From a virus (taxonomy: Duplodnaviria; Caudoviricetes), in the IMG/VR virus record IMGVR_UViG_3300045996_000553, positions 1 to 62,055 of that record: a stretch of 62,055 nucleotides of DNA; one strand, written 5' to 3'. The position numbers were made by a program, and so were the translations under genes. Shown piece after piece: positions 53,769 through 62,055 of the stretch. The notes under the pieces were generated by a model, which worked only from the letters and a program-made list of their open reading frames with translations, was not told where the DNA came from and searched no databases. The first letter of the stretch is position 1. Each line of letters starts with the position of its first letter.

Positions 53769-56700
53769 TGCCGTTTGGAGGAACGACCGGAGCCGATTAC
53801 AGGCGAAAATACAAGCGCACGTTTGAAAGAACGTATGTCGTATCGGGTCGGCTTACTCTTGATTATTGCGGAGGCACTTCGGATGGTTCGGGATGGGAAG
53901 GCAGCAACTACTACCATACTTACGTGCCGGGGCAGTTCCCGGGCCATAGAGTAACGGGATACGCAGGATTTGGGCCGCGATTTGAAGTGCGAACCGGACT
54001 TCAAAACAGTAATCCCTTGCGAGAAGGTTCCGTCGATCCGGCTTGGGTGACGCAAGTTTTAATGAATAATCAGCCGATTGTGATATGGGCAAACGACGCT
54101 GAAGCAAGTTGGGATGAAGACAACCCTGATTTAACTCCTCCTGGCGAAACCGTAACGATGGATTTTACTTCTACGGTTGCCTGCGAGGAATGGGCTTTCG
54201 AGAGTTGGTCTTATGGGTTGGTTCGTCCCGGTCGGCAAAACGACATGGTTCAAGCGTTGTATATGAAACCTGTCGGAACGGTTCATTCCTCATGGCTCAT
54301 TACAACAAGCGGCGGAAGTGAAATTGATCCTGCCCCTTCTAACGACACTCCTCCCAATCTTTCCAACCATTACAATAAGTTCGATACAATGGCGGAATGG
54401 GCGAACGGCTTTTCGGAAGGCGATCTTTCCGATTACGGCGGATTGGTTGACAATGGTTTCGGCTTGTATTTCAATGCAGGCTACTACGCGCCAACCGAAG
54501 GCGACTTGCCATTTCCCGCCATATTCGGAGAAGCGGCAGTTCAAACTTTTCACGGTCCTACCGAGTGGGGCGGAATCGCTTACCATTTTAACAATCCGGT
54601 TGCTCCCGCTAAAGCGCAAGGAACACCGATCACTAAGAGCGATTTCCAGTTTCAAGCAATTTCACGTCCCGGCACAGTCAGCTTTTTAGGCGTAGATACG
54701 GGTAGCGTGTATATCGTTCCCGATTACACCGTTCGTCTAAAAGGCGACGTGATTGATTGGGAAGAACGCTCTCTTCCCGTTCACATTGTCAACCATGAAA
54801 GCGTGTATGAAACGCCGATAACTTCTCCCATATCGACAGGCAGCAAGCAGGAAAATCCAGGGGATTACGATATTGTTCCTGACGATCTTGAGGAGTTGGG
54901 ACACGATCCCGCCGATTACGACTGCATTACGCTGAAAACAGGGCAGTCTTGGTCGTCCATGACGCTCGATCACGCTTCCTCGCTAGTGGTTGAAACGTTT
55001 GTCAGAAGTTATCCGGTCGGTTTTGCCTGGACCGCCACCGGATGCACAACTTCGACGGTTGCAGACGGATTAAGATGTGTCGCCACAGGCGCAAGTCCTA
55101 AAATTGAGCGCAACTATCGGAACGACTTCAACGACATTGCGCCGGATACGGGCGCGGGTCCTGCCGATTGGTTTAGCGACTACGGCGCGGAAATACCGGA
55201 CGAAGTATTGTTGTGGTTCACTACAGGCGAAACGAGTCCCGAATACTTTCAGAACTCCAAAGCCGAATGGCCCAAGGTAAGAAAGAAACTTCGTCCTGAC
55301 AGCGATATATTCAACTGGTCCACCTATCGCTATCTTTATGTAAAAGCGAAAGCGGATTCCGCCTGCAATCTCACCCTCTTGGTTGAATACGACAATCTTC
55401 GCATCAAGCCGAACGAAGCTAAAAACTTCGCTTACAATCCCGTTCGACAAGATTTTACCGTAACCATTGTAGTTCCATTAACAACCGCAATGGCGGAACA
55501 TGAAATCGACTTGCCGGGACTTTTAAAAGACACGAATGAAATCATCGGGCAAGACGGAATCCAGTCCATCAAAAAAGTCACGTATTCTTTTCCTGCCGGA
55601 AGAATCGTCACGCTCAATCAACTGACGCTGAAAGAGAAAAACAAAACCATTGTAGAGGTTCATCATCCGAACCCGCTTTCCGATCACTTTTCCATCGAAA
55701 ACTTTGAACTTGGCGGGATTACAGGGATAACGGACGGATACCGTTCCTTATGGCTTGACGGGTATTCCAAGTGGGGATTTCCGATCTATGAAGCCGATGA
55801 AACGTCGAACTTCCAAAGTTGCCTTCTGATGGGAAACCTCGCAACGGAAATCGGTTTGCAGGAAGGATGGTCGGCAACGCTTGGCGACGATCCTGATGAT
55901 AACGGCCCTGATACGTATTCTCCCAACTTTGCTATCTGGCTTGAAGAAACGTTTGGAAATACGTGTCCGGCGATCCTCGCGTCAAAGAGAGGGTATGGAG
56001 CCGTCAAGGTCTATCCCGAAAGCAATATGGAGTTTGAAATCAAAGCGACGGTGGGATTTGGCGCAATCGGACTTATTTACGATCCTGACACGCACTTGCC
56101 CGTTTCAACCAGAGTGCTTGCCGTAGACCCGTCCGACGATAGTTTCCCTTCGCTTCCCGCCTATATTGCGAGTGACGATTACGAGATTAAGGACGATTCG
56201 ACTTCAGATAGTCTGGGGCGGTTTGAGCATCAACTGAAGGACCCGATACCGCTTGAATGGCGTAGCGGTCCCAATACGCCGGATGAACAGGTCTATCCCA
56301 TTCCGCTTCCGATTTCAGGTCCGGGAGGAACCGATTTCTCCGCGATGCCTCTGCCTACGTTTTCACGCGGAATTATATGGCTTGCGTTCGGAGGCAAAGG
56401 CGTATTCGGGTCGGCGGAAGGCTATCCCGTCATCGTCACGTCTTCGGACCTTGATAGTTTCGTTGTCTTGGTTGAAGATGATACACTAAAACTGGCAAGA
56501 AGGATGGGCGCGGAAACCGCTTACACGCGGTTTGAAATCGGAACGGGCTTGAACGGCCCTTGGGTTGTAAAAAATGAAGCCAATAGAAGTTATCCGCTTT
56601 ATGTTGTCGGTCATTTGGATAGCGGTAATTTATTATTGCTTAAAAATACTCGGCTAGGCGCGGATACGGATTGGAAGATTAAAGTGGTTTGTCCCGGCAA

Positions 56701-56983
56701 ATGGGGTGTCGTGAAATACGAGGAGCATTTAAATCTGCTCTATCTCTCGTATTGGCACAATAATAACTTCTATTTAAGAATGAGCCGGGACGAAGGCGCG
56801 ACTTGGCTTACATGGTCGGGGCTTGCCAGTAAGGACGCGCTGATTAAAGAAAGCGTTCCCGAACAGCATTTTAGTTTCGATTTTTTAAACACAACGCGAC
56901 GAACGTTTGTCGGCGTTTACTTCAACGCGGCGAATGAACTGGTCACTTTGCAGTCTACGAACTTAGGGGAAACCTGGACATGA
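53768..56983 (+). CDS. Large minor tail protein (1071 aa)
   Basis: C-terminal Asp-box/BNR-like motifs SRDEGATW, STNLGETW. Confidence 0.7.
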   Translation: MPFGGTTGADYRRKYKRTFERTYVVSGRLTLDYCGGTSDGSGWEGSNYYHTYVPGQFPGHRVTGYAGFGPRFEVRTGLQNSNPLREGSVDPAWVTQVLMNNQPIVIWANDAEASWDEDNPDLTPPGETVTMDFTSTVACEEWAFESWSYGLVRPGRQNDMVQALYMKPVGTVHSSWLITTSGGSEIDPAPSNDTPPNLSNHYNKFDTMAEWANGFSEGDLSDYGGLVDNGFGLYFNAGYYAPTEGDLPFPAIFGEAAVQTFHGPTEWGGIAYHFNNPVAPAKAQGTPITKSDFQFQAISRPGTVSFLGVDTGSVYIVPDYTVRLKGDVIDWEERSLPVHIVNHESVYETPITSPISTGSKQENPGDYDIVPDDLEELGHDPADYDCITLKTGQSWSSMTLDHASSLVVETFVRSYPVGFAWTATGCTTSTVADGLRCVATGASPKIERNYRNDFNDIAPDTGAGPADWFSDYGAEIPDEVLLWFTTGETSPEYFQNSKAEWPKVRKKLRPDSDIFNWSTYRYLYVKAKADSACNLTLLVEYDNLRIKPNEAKNFAYNPVRQDFTVTIVVPLTTAMAEHEIDLPGLLKDTNEIIGQDGIQSIKKVTYSFPAGRIVTLNQLTLKEKNKTIVEVHHPNPLSDHFSIENFELGGITGITDGYRSLWLDGYSKWGFPIYEADETSNFQSCLLMGNLATEIGLQEGWSATLGDDPDDNGPDTYSPNFAIWLEETFGNTCPAILASKRGYGAVKVYPESNMEFEIKATVGFGAIGLIYDPDTHLPVSTRVLAVDPSDDSFPSLPAYIASDDYEIKDDSTSDSLGRFEHQLKDPIPLEWRSGPNTPDEQVYPIPLPISGPGGTDFSAMPLPTFSRGIIWLAFGGKGVFGSAEGYPVIVTSSDLDSFVVLVEDDTLKLARRMGAETAYTRFEIGTGLNGPWVVKNEANRSYPLYVVGHLDSGNLLLLKNTRLGADTDWKIKVVCPGKWGVVKYEEHLNLLYLSYWHNNNFYLRMSRDEGATWLTWSGLASKDALIKESVPEQHFSFDFLNTTRRTFVGVYFNAANELVTLQSTNLGETWT

Positions 56984-59900
56984 TACTTGAAATCACTACT
57001 GACCCCGTAGAAGGCGAAGACGGCGATATTTTTATGTCGCATTATCTGGATACTAAAAACAGCCTTGAGTTTAATATCCAGTTAGTAGAAAATCATCTGG
57101 AAAGTTTCCTCTACACGACGTTTGGCAGAGGCGTTTACGACGGCAGTTTTACAGGCGATCTGGTTTCAGACGGCGGGGGATTACTCGCTGAAATCGCGGC
57201 TCATACCTCGTTAGTCGATAACGTATTGGTTTTGGCAGACGTTGCCACATGGCCCATTCCCGATGACGATGAATCGTGGTTGTGGGAACTTCAAACCAAT
57301 ACGGACGATACGCCGCAATACGCCGTAACGGACAGTCTTACCGATCCTTCGACGGAAGAAATTCCGGCGCAACTCCTCGCTAAGATCACAACGGCGGCAG
57401 GAGCCATAACGCTGATTGATCCTCTGCACACTCTGGTTCCTATGCCGGGAACCGCAGGAGGGGGTTCGGGAACGGTTACATCGGTCGCTTTAGACGTATC
57501 GGCGCATCCTTGGTTGACGCTGACAGGCTCTCCCGTCACAACGACCGGAACGTTCACCATAGGGCTTGCAACGGGTCTGACCGCCAATCAATTCCTCGGA
57601 ACGCCGGATGCAACTACAGGCAGCGTTGGACTTCGCTCCTTGGTTTCCGGCGATTTGCCTCTCGTTCCGGTTTCCAAAGGCGGAACCGGGCTTTCAGCGC
57701 ATACGGTCGCCTCCCTCGTAGGAACTCATGCAACCGAAACAAGCGGCAGTCTCAGGTCTATCACCATTGGTTCGGGGCTTGATCTGACGGGGAACGTTCT
57801 TTCGGTTTCCGCCATAGCGGTTGAAGTGGATACGCTTGATGACGTAGTAGGGCGAGACAATGAAACTGCATTAACCATTGTTGCAGGCGGATTGGGCATC
57901 GCTCAAAGCACTCCTGAAACTTTGGTCCACATTACCGGAACAGGGACCGAAATTACTACAGGTTTGCTCGATACGAACCTGCGACTTCAAACCAATAGCG
58001 GAACCGCGAACGCCGGAAACGAAGTTAGTTTCCGAGGACATTCTTCTGCTGCTGAAAACGTCGGCGTTTACGCGGCGATTTCGGCTCCCGTTACCGCAAA
58101 TGACGGCACAGGCGCGACCGGATACGTCCTGATTTCAACGAAAGCCAGTCAAGCCGCTACGGGACTTGTGGAAAGAGCGAAGTTCGATTCCGCAGGCGTG
58201 ACGATTTCAACCGGAAAAATTATTGCTCCGAACGGGCAACTCACAGGATTGCTGTCCAAAGCGGTCCTTGGCACAGACGCTTCGGGAAACATCATCGAAT
58301 CGACTTCAGCCGGAACGGGAACCGTAACGAGCATCGCGCTTGCCGTTCCTTCCTATTTCTCCGTATCCGGCTCTCCCGTTACAGGTTCGGGAACCATTAC
58401 GATTGCCGCCGCTACCGGACAAACGGCGAACCGATTTCTCGCCACTCCTGACGGCACAACAGGCGCGTTGGGTTTAAGAGCCTTGGTTGTGGGCGACCTC
58501 CCCACCATTCCTGTTTCTATCGGAGGGACCGGACGGACAACGTTGACCGCAGGGACGATTTTAGGCGGCAACGGCACAAGCAACGTCGATCTGGTTGCGA
58601 TTGGAACGGGGCTTCTGCTATCGGGAGGAACGCTTTCCTCAACCGTAACCGGAAGCGTTCAAGACCTGCAAGACGTGACGGATGAAGGCGCAACGACAAC
58701 GGACGTAATCAATGTCGGCGGTTTGGTTTCTACAGGCAACGTTACCACAGACGGGCAGTTTACGATCACGTCTCCCGATCTGGACGTTCTTATAGATGAA
58801 GTCGTAGGACGTTTCGCGGTCACAACCGACGATTCCTCCACCATTACCAATCGAACGGTAATGGCTCTTGACGCTATTTCGGAAGGAACGTTCGCGGGAA
58901 CCGATCAAGCCGGAACGTCTTTTTCCGTTAAGTTGCATCAAAATCCAGGTATTATGGCGGAAGTTTTCAGGATTTACGCAAGCGGATTGGTTCAACTTCC
59001 CGGCGAAACGTCTAAAATCATTCAACTGGCGAGACGAACGGCGGCAGATACAGCCGGAAACACGCTTTCTATTCTGGCGGGAAGCGCGACGACGCTTGCC
59101 ACAAACAAAGCAGGCGGCGATCTTCGGCTATTTTCCGGCATTTCGACAGGCAACGCAGGGGCTTCCGTCACCATCTGGACCCCAACGCCTGGGTCAAGCG
59201 GAACCGGGGATCGGGCTTACGCGGTCAGAGGCACATTTAATAACACAGGTCTAACGGTTGTAGGAACTACGATTACGCCTTCCCTTCGGCTGACAGGACT
59301 TCTTTCCGCAGGCGTATTGGCGACGGATGGGAGTGGAAACGTTATTCTTTCCTCTCTCCCTGCTACAACCCCTTCCTGGGACGCTACGCTTGTTATATCA
59401 AATACAACGGATGAAAAAGCTGTAATGACGCGGAATCTTGCAAACGCCGCAAGCGATTATACATTCGCTATTACAGGCACTCCCGATCTTGGTTCGTCGC
59501 AAAGCAATTCTCAATCATCGGCTCTCCTGCGTTTGGGGAACGCGCTTTCCGGCGCAAGCAATCGAGGAACTTACTTCGGAATCAATATGCCTTCCGGCAC
59601 AAGTTCCGATTTTTTCAATATTCAACAAAACGGCGCGACAAAGCTGACATTCACCAATGGGGCGGGGTTGGTTCTTCCTGTCGATAGCGGGATTTTGGCG
59701 ATTGGGGCCGGATCGGGAGGAGCAGGCCCCGTAGGGACGAACGTCAACGGCAATATGTTCATTTTGGATACGCCGTCCGGCCTCACTCGAAACTGGATTG
59801 ATTTACAAAAAAATCACGTTTCGGCAGGCTATTGGGCTGACGACGGAACGGCTTGGATCAAGTCGCTTATTTTTGGAACTGCCGCTAATCACACGCTCAA

Positions 59901-60429
59901 TAATTCTGGACTTAACCTAGCGGCGGGAACGATGATTGCGCCTGCCGCTAGGCTCACAGGACTGGTTAGCAAAGCCGTCCTTGGAACAGACGGTTCCGGC
60001 AATATTATTGAAAGTTCGGTTTCAGGAGAGTCTTGGATTGGCGAGATTAAAATGTGGTCGCCTCAACCGGGGCAATCGGTAGACGCTACAAGCGGCAGCC
60101 CTTCGGCGGATTGGGCGGTTTGCGACGGTCGAACCGTGAACAGCATCACCACTCCCGATCTTGAAAATCTGTTTATCTTGGGCGCAACCGTAGCGGGGGC
60201 CAACCTTACCGGAGGTTCAAGCACTCACGTTCATTCGATTGACCCGCCGAATACGTCCTCTGCGGTATCGGGCGCAACGACCGCAATCGACATTGGAGGC
60301 GGCGGTCCAGTCGTCACCCGCCAAATCTCAGAACACGATCACGATGTGGACATTGCCGCGTTCGACTCTGCCTCTGCGGGTCACACCCCGCCTTACTACT
60401 CGCTCGTTTATGTCATGAAAGTCGCCTAG
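56980..60429 (+). CDS. Tail fibre with internal repeats and C-terminal collar domain
   Basis: GTVTS repeats; GEIKMW..WAVCDG..TPDL..FILG..H.H..PPYYSL.Y.MK. Confidence 0.88.
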   Translation: MILEITTDPVEGEDGDIFMSHYLDTKNSLEFNIQLVENHLESFLYTTFGRGVYDGSFTGDLVSDGGGLLAEIAAHTSLVDNVLVLADVATWPIPDDDESWLWELQTNTDDTPQYAVTDSLTDPSTEEIPAQLLAKITTAAGAITLIDPLHTLVPMPGTAGGGSGTVTSVALDVSAHPWLTLTGSPVTTTGTFTIGLATGLTANQFLGTPDATTGSVGLRSLVSGDLPLVPVSKGGTGLSAHTVASLVGTHATETSGSLRSITIGSGLDLTGNVLSVSAIAVEVDTLDDVVGRDNETALTIVAGGLGIAQSTPETLVHITGTGTEITTGLLDTNLRLQTNSGTANAGNEVSFRGHSSAAENVGVYAAISAPVTANDGTGATGYVLISTKASQAATGLVERAKFDSAGVTISTGKIIAPNGQLTGLLSKAVLGTDASGNIIESTSAGTGTVTSIALAVPSYFSVSGSPVTGSGTITIAAATGQTANRFLATPDGTTGALGLRALVVGDLPTIPVSIGGTGRTTLTAGTILGGNGTSNVDLVAIGTGLLLSGGTLSSTVTGSVQDLQDVTDEGATTTDVINVGGLVSTGNVTTDGQFTITSPDLDVLIDEVVGRFAVTTDDSSTITNRTVMALDAISEGTFAGTDQAGTSFSVKLHQNPGIMAEVFRIYASGLVQLPGETSKIIQLARRTAADTAGNTLSILAGSATTLATNKAGGDLRLFSGISTGNAGASVTIWTPTPGSSGTGDRAYAVRGTFNNTGLTVVGTTITPSLRLTGLLSAGVLATDGSGNVILSSLPATTPSWDATLVISNTTDEKAVMTRNLANAASDYTFAITGTPDLGSSQSNSQSSALLRLGNALSGASNRGTYFGINMPSGTSSDFFNIQQNGATKLTFTNGAGLVLPVDSGILAIGAGSGGAGPVGTNVNGNMFILDTPSGLTRNWIDLQKNHVSAGYWADDGTAWIKSLIFGTAANHTLNNSGLNLAAGTMIAPAARLTGLVSKAVLGTDGSGNIIESSVSGESWIGEIKMWSPQPGQSVDATSGSPSADWAVCDGRTVNSITTPDLENLFILGATVAGANLTGGSSTHVHSIDPPNTSSAVSGATTAIDIGGGGPVVTRQISEHDHDVDIAAFDSASAGHTPPYYSLVYVMKVA

Positions 60430-60731
60430 TGAAAGGGTTATCTATGTCTGCTAAAACAAATGTAGTCGAAGCGTTTCCCGAAGAGAAAAAAGAAGGAAAG
60501 ACTCCTACCGATCCCGAAACGACCGTTGTATTCGAGAATGGCGAGGAACTGACGGTAAAAGCCATTTGGGATGCTATCGTTCAGAGGGAAAGCGTTCGAC
60601 AGCAGCAAATCGCATTTATCAACGAACTTCAGGAAGAAATCAAGGAACATAAAGTCGAACGCCGCGTTTGGCTGAAGCAAATCCAGTTGCTACAACAAAC
60701 GCTAGAGAACGCTCCTAAGACGGAATCGTAA
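60429..60731 (+). CDS. Coiled-coil protein, possible fibre chaperone
   Basis: Follows the fibre gene. Confidence 0.6.
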   Translation: MKGLSMSAKTNVVEAFPEEKKEGKTPTDPETTVVFENGEELTVKAIWDAIVQRESVRQQQIAFINELQEEIKEHKVERRVWLKQIQLLQQTLENAPKTES

Positions 60732-60782
60732 CCGTAGTGTCGGATAAGCGCGACAGGGGTATGCTATAATAAGGACAACACC

Positions 60783-61310
60783 ATGCTTGTTACGATTAAA
60801 CACAATAGGTTTCCTTCTATGGCATCCCCTCCTAACGCCGAATCCAACTTTGCAATCATACAATGGCTAATCGGAGGAGGGCTTGTTGCGTTAATCGCCG
60901 CTTGGAACGACCGAAGGAAAACTCTCTTCCAACACAAGAATGAACTCGCGGAAATCGCTTTAAAAGAAAAAGCCGATGCGCTTGCCGATATTAAAAGCCG
61001 CGTAGACAGCATAGAAGTTGCGCGACGGGAAGCGCGTGAAGAATACATGGCTGAAAAAGCCATGTTTGAAATGCGAATAGGCGAACTCAACAACAAACTG
61101 GATCACGCGCAACATGAAGCGTTCAAGCGAGAAATTGCCCACAAGGAAGAAATTCAGACGTGGATGATTAAACTCATGGATCAGGAGCGAAATCATCAAG
61201 CGGAAAAGCAAGAATGGGTTCGCATCGTCACTGAACTTAAACTTGAGAATAAGGAAATGCAAGTTAAACTTGAACGACTTGAAGCGCATAATATCGCAAG
61301 GAGCAGCTAA
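60783..61310 (+). CDS. Membrane-anchored coiled-coil lysis-cassette protein
   Basis: TM IIQWLIGGGLVALIAAW + coiled coil; preceded by TGcTATAAT at 60762-60770. Confidence 0.65.
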   Translation: MLVTIKHNRFPSMASPPNAESNFAIIQWLIGGGLVALIAAWNDRRKTLFQHKNELAEIALKEKADALADIKSRVDSIEVARREAREEYMAEKAMFEMRIGELNNKLDHAQHEAFKREIAHKEEIQTWMIKLMDQERNHQAEKQEWVRIVTELKLENKEMQVKLERLEAHNIARSS

Positions 61311-61729
61311 TGTGGGACTGGAATCAATTTTGGAGAGATACGCAAGGACCGATTACGCAGTCCATTCTCATCATCTTTTCGGCTCTCGTTACGGTTCTGG
61401 TCGCCATTCTTACCTACGTTGCAGCGAAGATAGGCGCGTCTAAAATCCGGTTTCATGAAGCCGTTACGGAAGATGCCAAGATCGACACCGTAATGAAGAA
61501 AGCGGATATTATCGTTCCCGCCGTTGAACAAATGGCTCTCGCGACCGGAGCCAAAGGTCCTGCGAAGAAAGCCTTGGCGAGAGACGTAATGAACCGTATT
61601 ACGGCTAATGATATTTCTGACGAACTGGTTGAACACGTTATCGAGCGCAAGATTGCCGAAGGAAACGCCGAAGCGTTGAATCCAACCGATAAGTTGGATA
61701 TTACCGCGAAGTTGGACACGTCGAAATGA
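61310..61729 (+). CDS. Holin (LL-H-like)
   Basis: N-terminal TM, IV.AVEQ..G..KK..A..IE. Confidence 0.75.
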   Translation: MWDWNQFWRDTQGPITQSILIIFSALVTVLVAILTYVAAKIGASKIRFHEAVTEDAKIDTVMKKADIIVPAVEQMALATGAKGPAKKALARDVMNRITANDISDELVEHVIERKIAEGNAEALNPTDKLDITAKLDTSK

Positions 61730-61884
61730 AGATCAACTTGGGAAAAGTCGTTCGCTATTTGACCTCGCCTAAAGAAGCAAAACGGAGATTAGCGAAAGAG
61801 TTTGCCGAAGAAGAGTTGAAGCGCGTTGCGGCAAGAAAAGCCAAACGCAAACGAGAGGAAGCCGATGCCGCCTACCCTGAATAA
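61726..61884 (+). CDS. 52-aa basic hypothetical protein
   Basis: ATGA-coupled; MKINLGKVVRYL.. Confidence 0.55.
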   Translation: MKINLGKVVRYLTSPKEAKRRLAKEFAEEELKRVAARKAKRKREEADAAYPE

Positions 61885-62055
61885 AAACGAAATAAAAGGG
61901 ATCGTTATTCACGTTTCCGCTTCGACGTGGGGAGACGCTTCCGCTATCGACTCCTGGCACAAGCAGCGAGGGTGGAGTCAAATAGGCTATCATGGAGTTA
62001 TCCTGAACGGCAGGCGAAACTACGCTTCCGAATACTCCGAAACTTTGGACGGCAA
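61865..62055 (+). CDS. N-acetylmuramoyl-L-alanine amidase endolysin (Amidase_2/T7-lysozyme-like), N-terminal part; continues across the window junction
   Basis: ATG at 61865, MPPTLNKNEIKGIVIHVSAS..IDSWHKQRGWSQIGYHGVI..LDG, open to the window end; IVIH and GW..IGYH motifs. Confidence 0.9.
   Translation, partial: MPPTLNKNEIKGIVIHVSASTWGDASAIDSWHKQRGWSQIGYHGVILNGRRNYASEYSETLDG

Noticed and set aside
56980-60429. Diversity-generating retroelement target
   Set aside because: No reverse transcriptase, and the repeats differ at all bases, not only adenines
1-62055. Integrase/repressor lysogeny module or stop-codon recoding
   Set aside because: No recombinase or CI-like motifs recognised; genes are intact under the standard code and use all three stop codons

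Overview
The window appears to be a complete, circularly permuted ~62 kb tailed-phage genome; an endolysin gene runs in frame across the 62055/1 junction. No integrase or tail sheath is recognisable, so it is most likely a non-integrating siphovirus, and the host cannot be determined from sequence alone. Layout: (i) a minus-strand replication/modification arm at 0.5-17 kb with Prim-Pol/helicase, three DNA methyltransferases, a sigma factor, a RuvC-like resolvase, a split family A polymerase, SSB, a Sak4-like ATPase, a PD-(D/E)XK nuclease and a SNF2 helicase; (ii) a minus-strand operon of small putative early genes at 17-24 kb; (iii) small plus-strand genes at 24-31 kb behind sigma70-type promoters; (iv) an inverted block of beta-helix/adhesin-like genes at 31-37 kb; (v) plus-strand packaging, head, tail and lysis genes at 37-62 kb, including a split large terminase, three tandem tail-tube-like paralogs and a predicted +1 chaperone frameshift. 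The most striking signal is in non-coding RNA. Many spacers of the early operon hold a structured element, including a pseudoknotted type II hammerhead ribozyme with a variant core, tRNA-like T-arm elements, and two covarying copies of a four-way-junction motif I do not recognise, which pairs the sequence just after the upstream stop codon with the downstream Shine-Dalgarno. All protein calls come from motif recognition by eye, not database searches.
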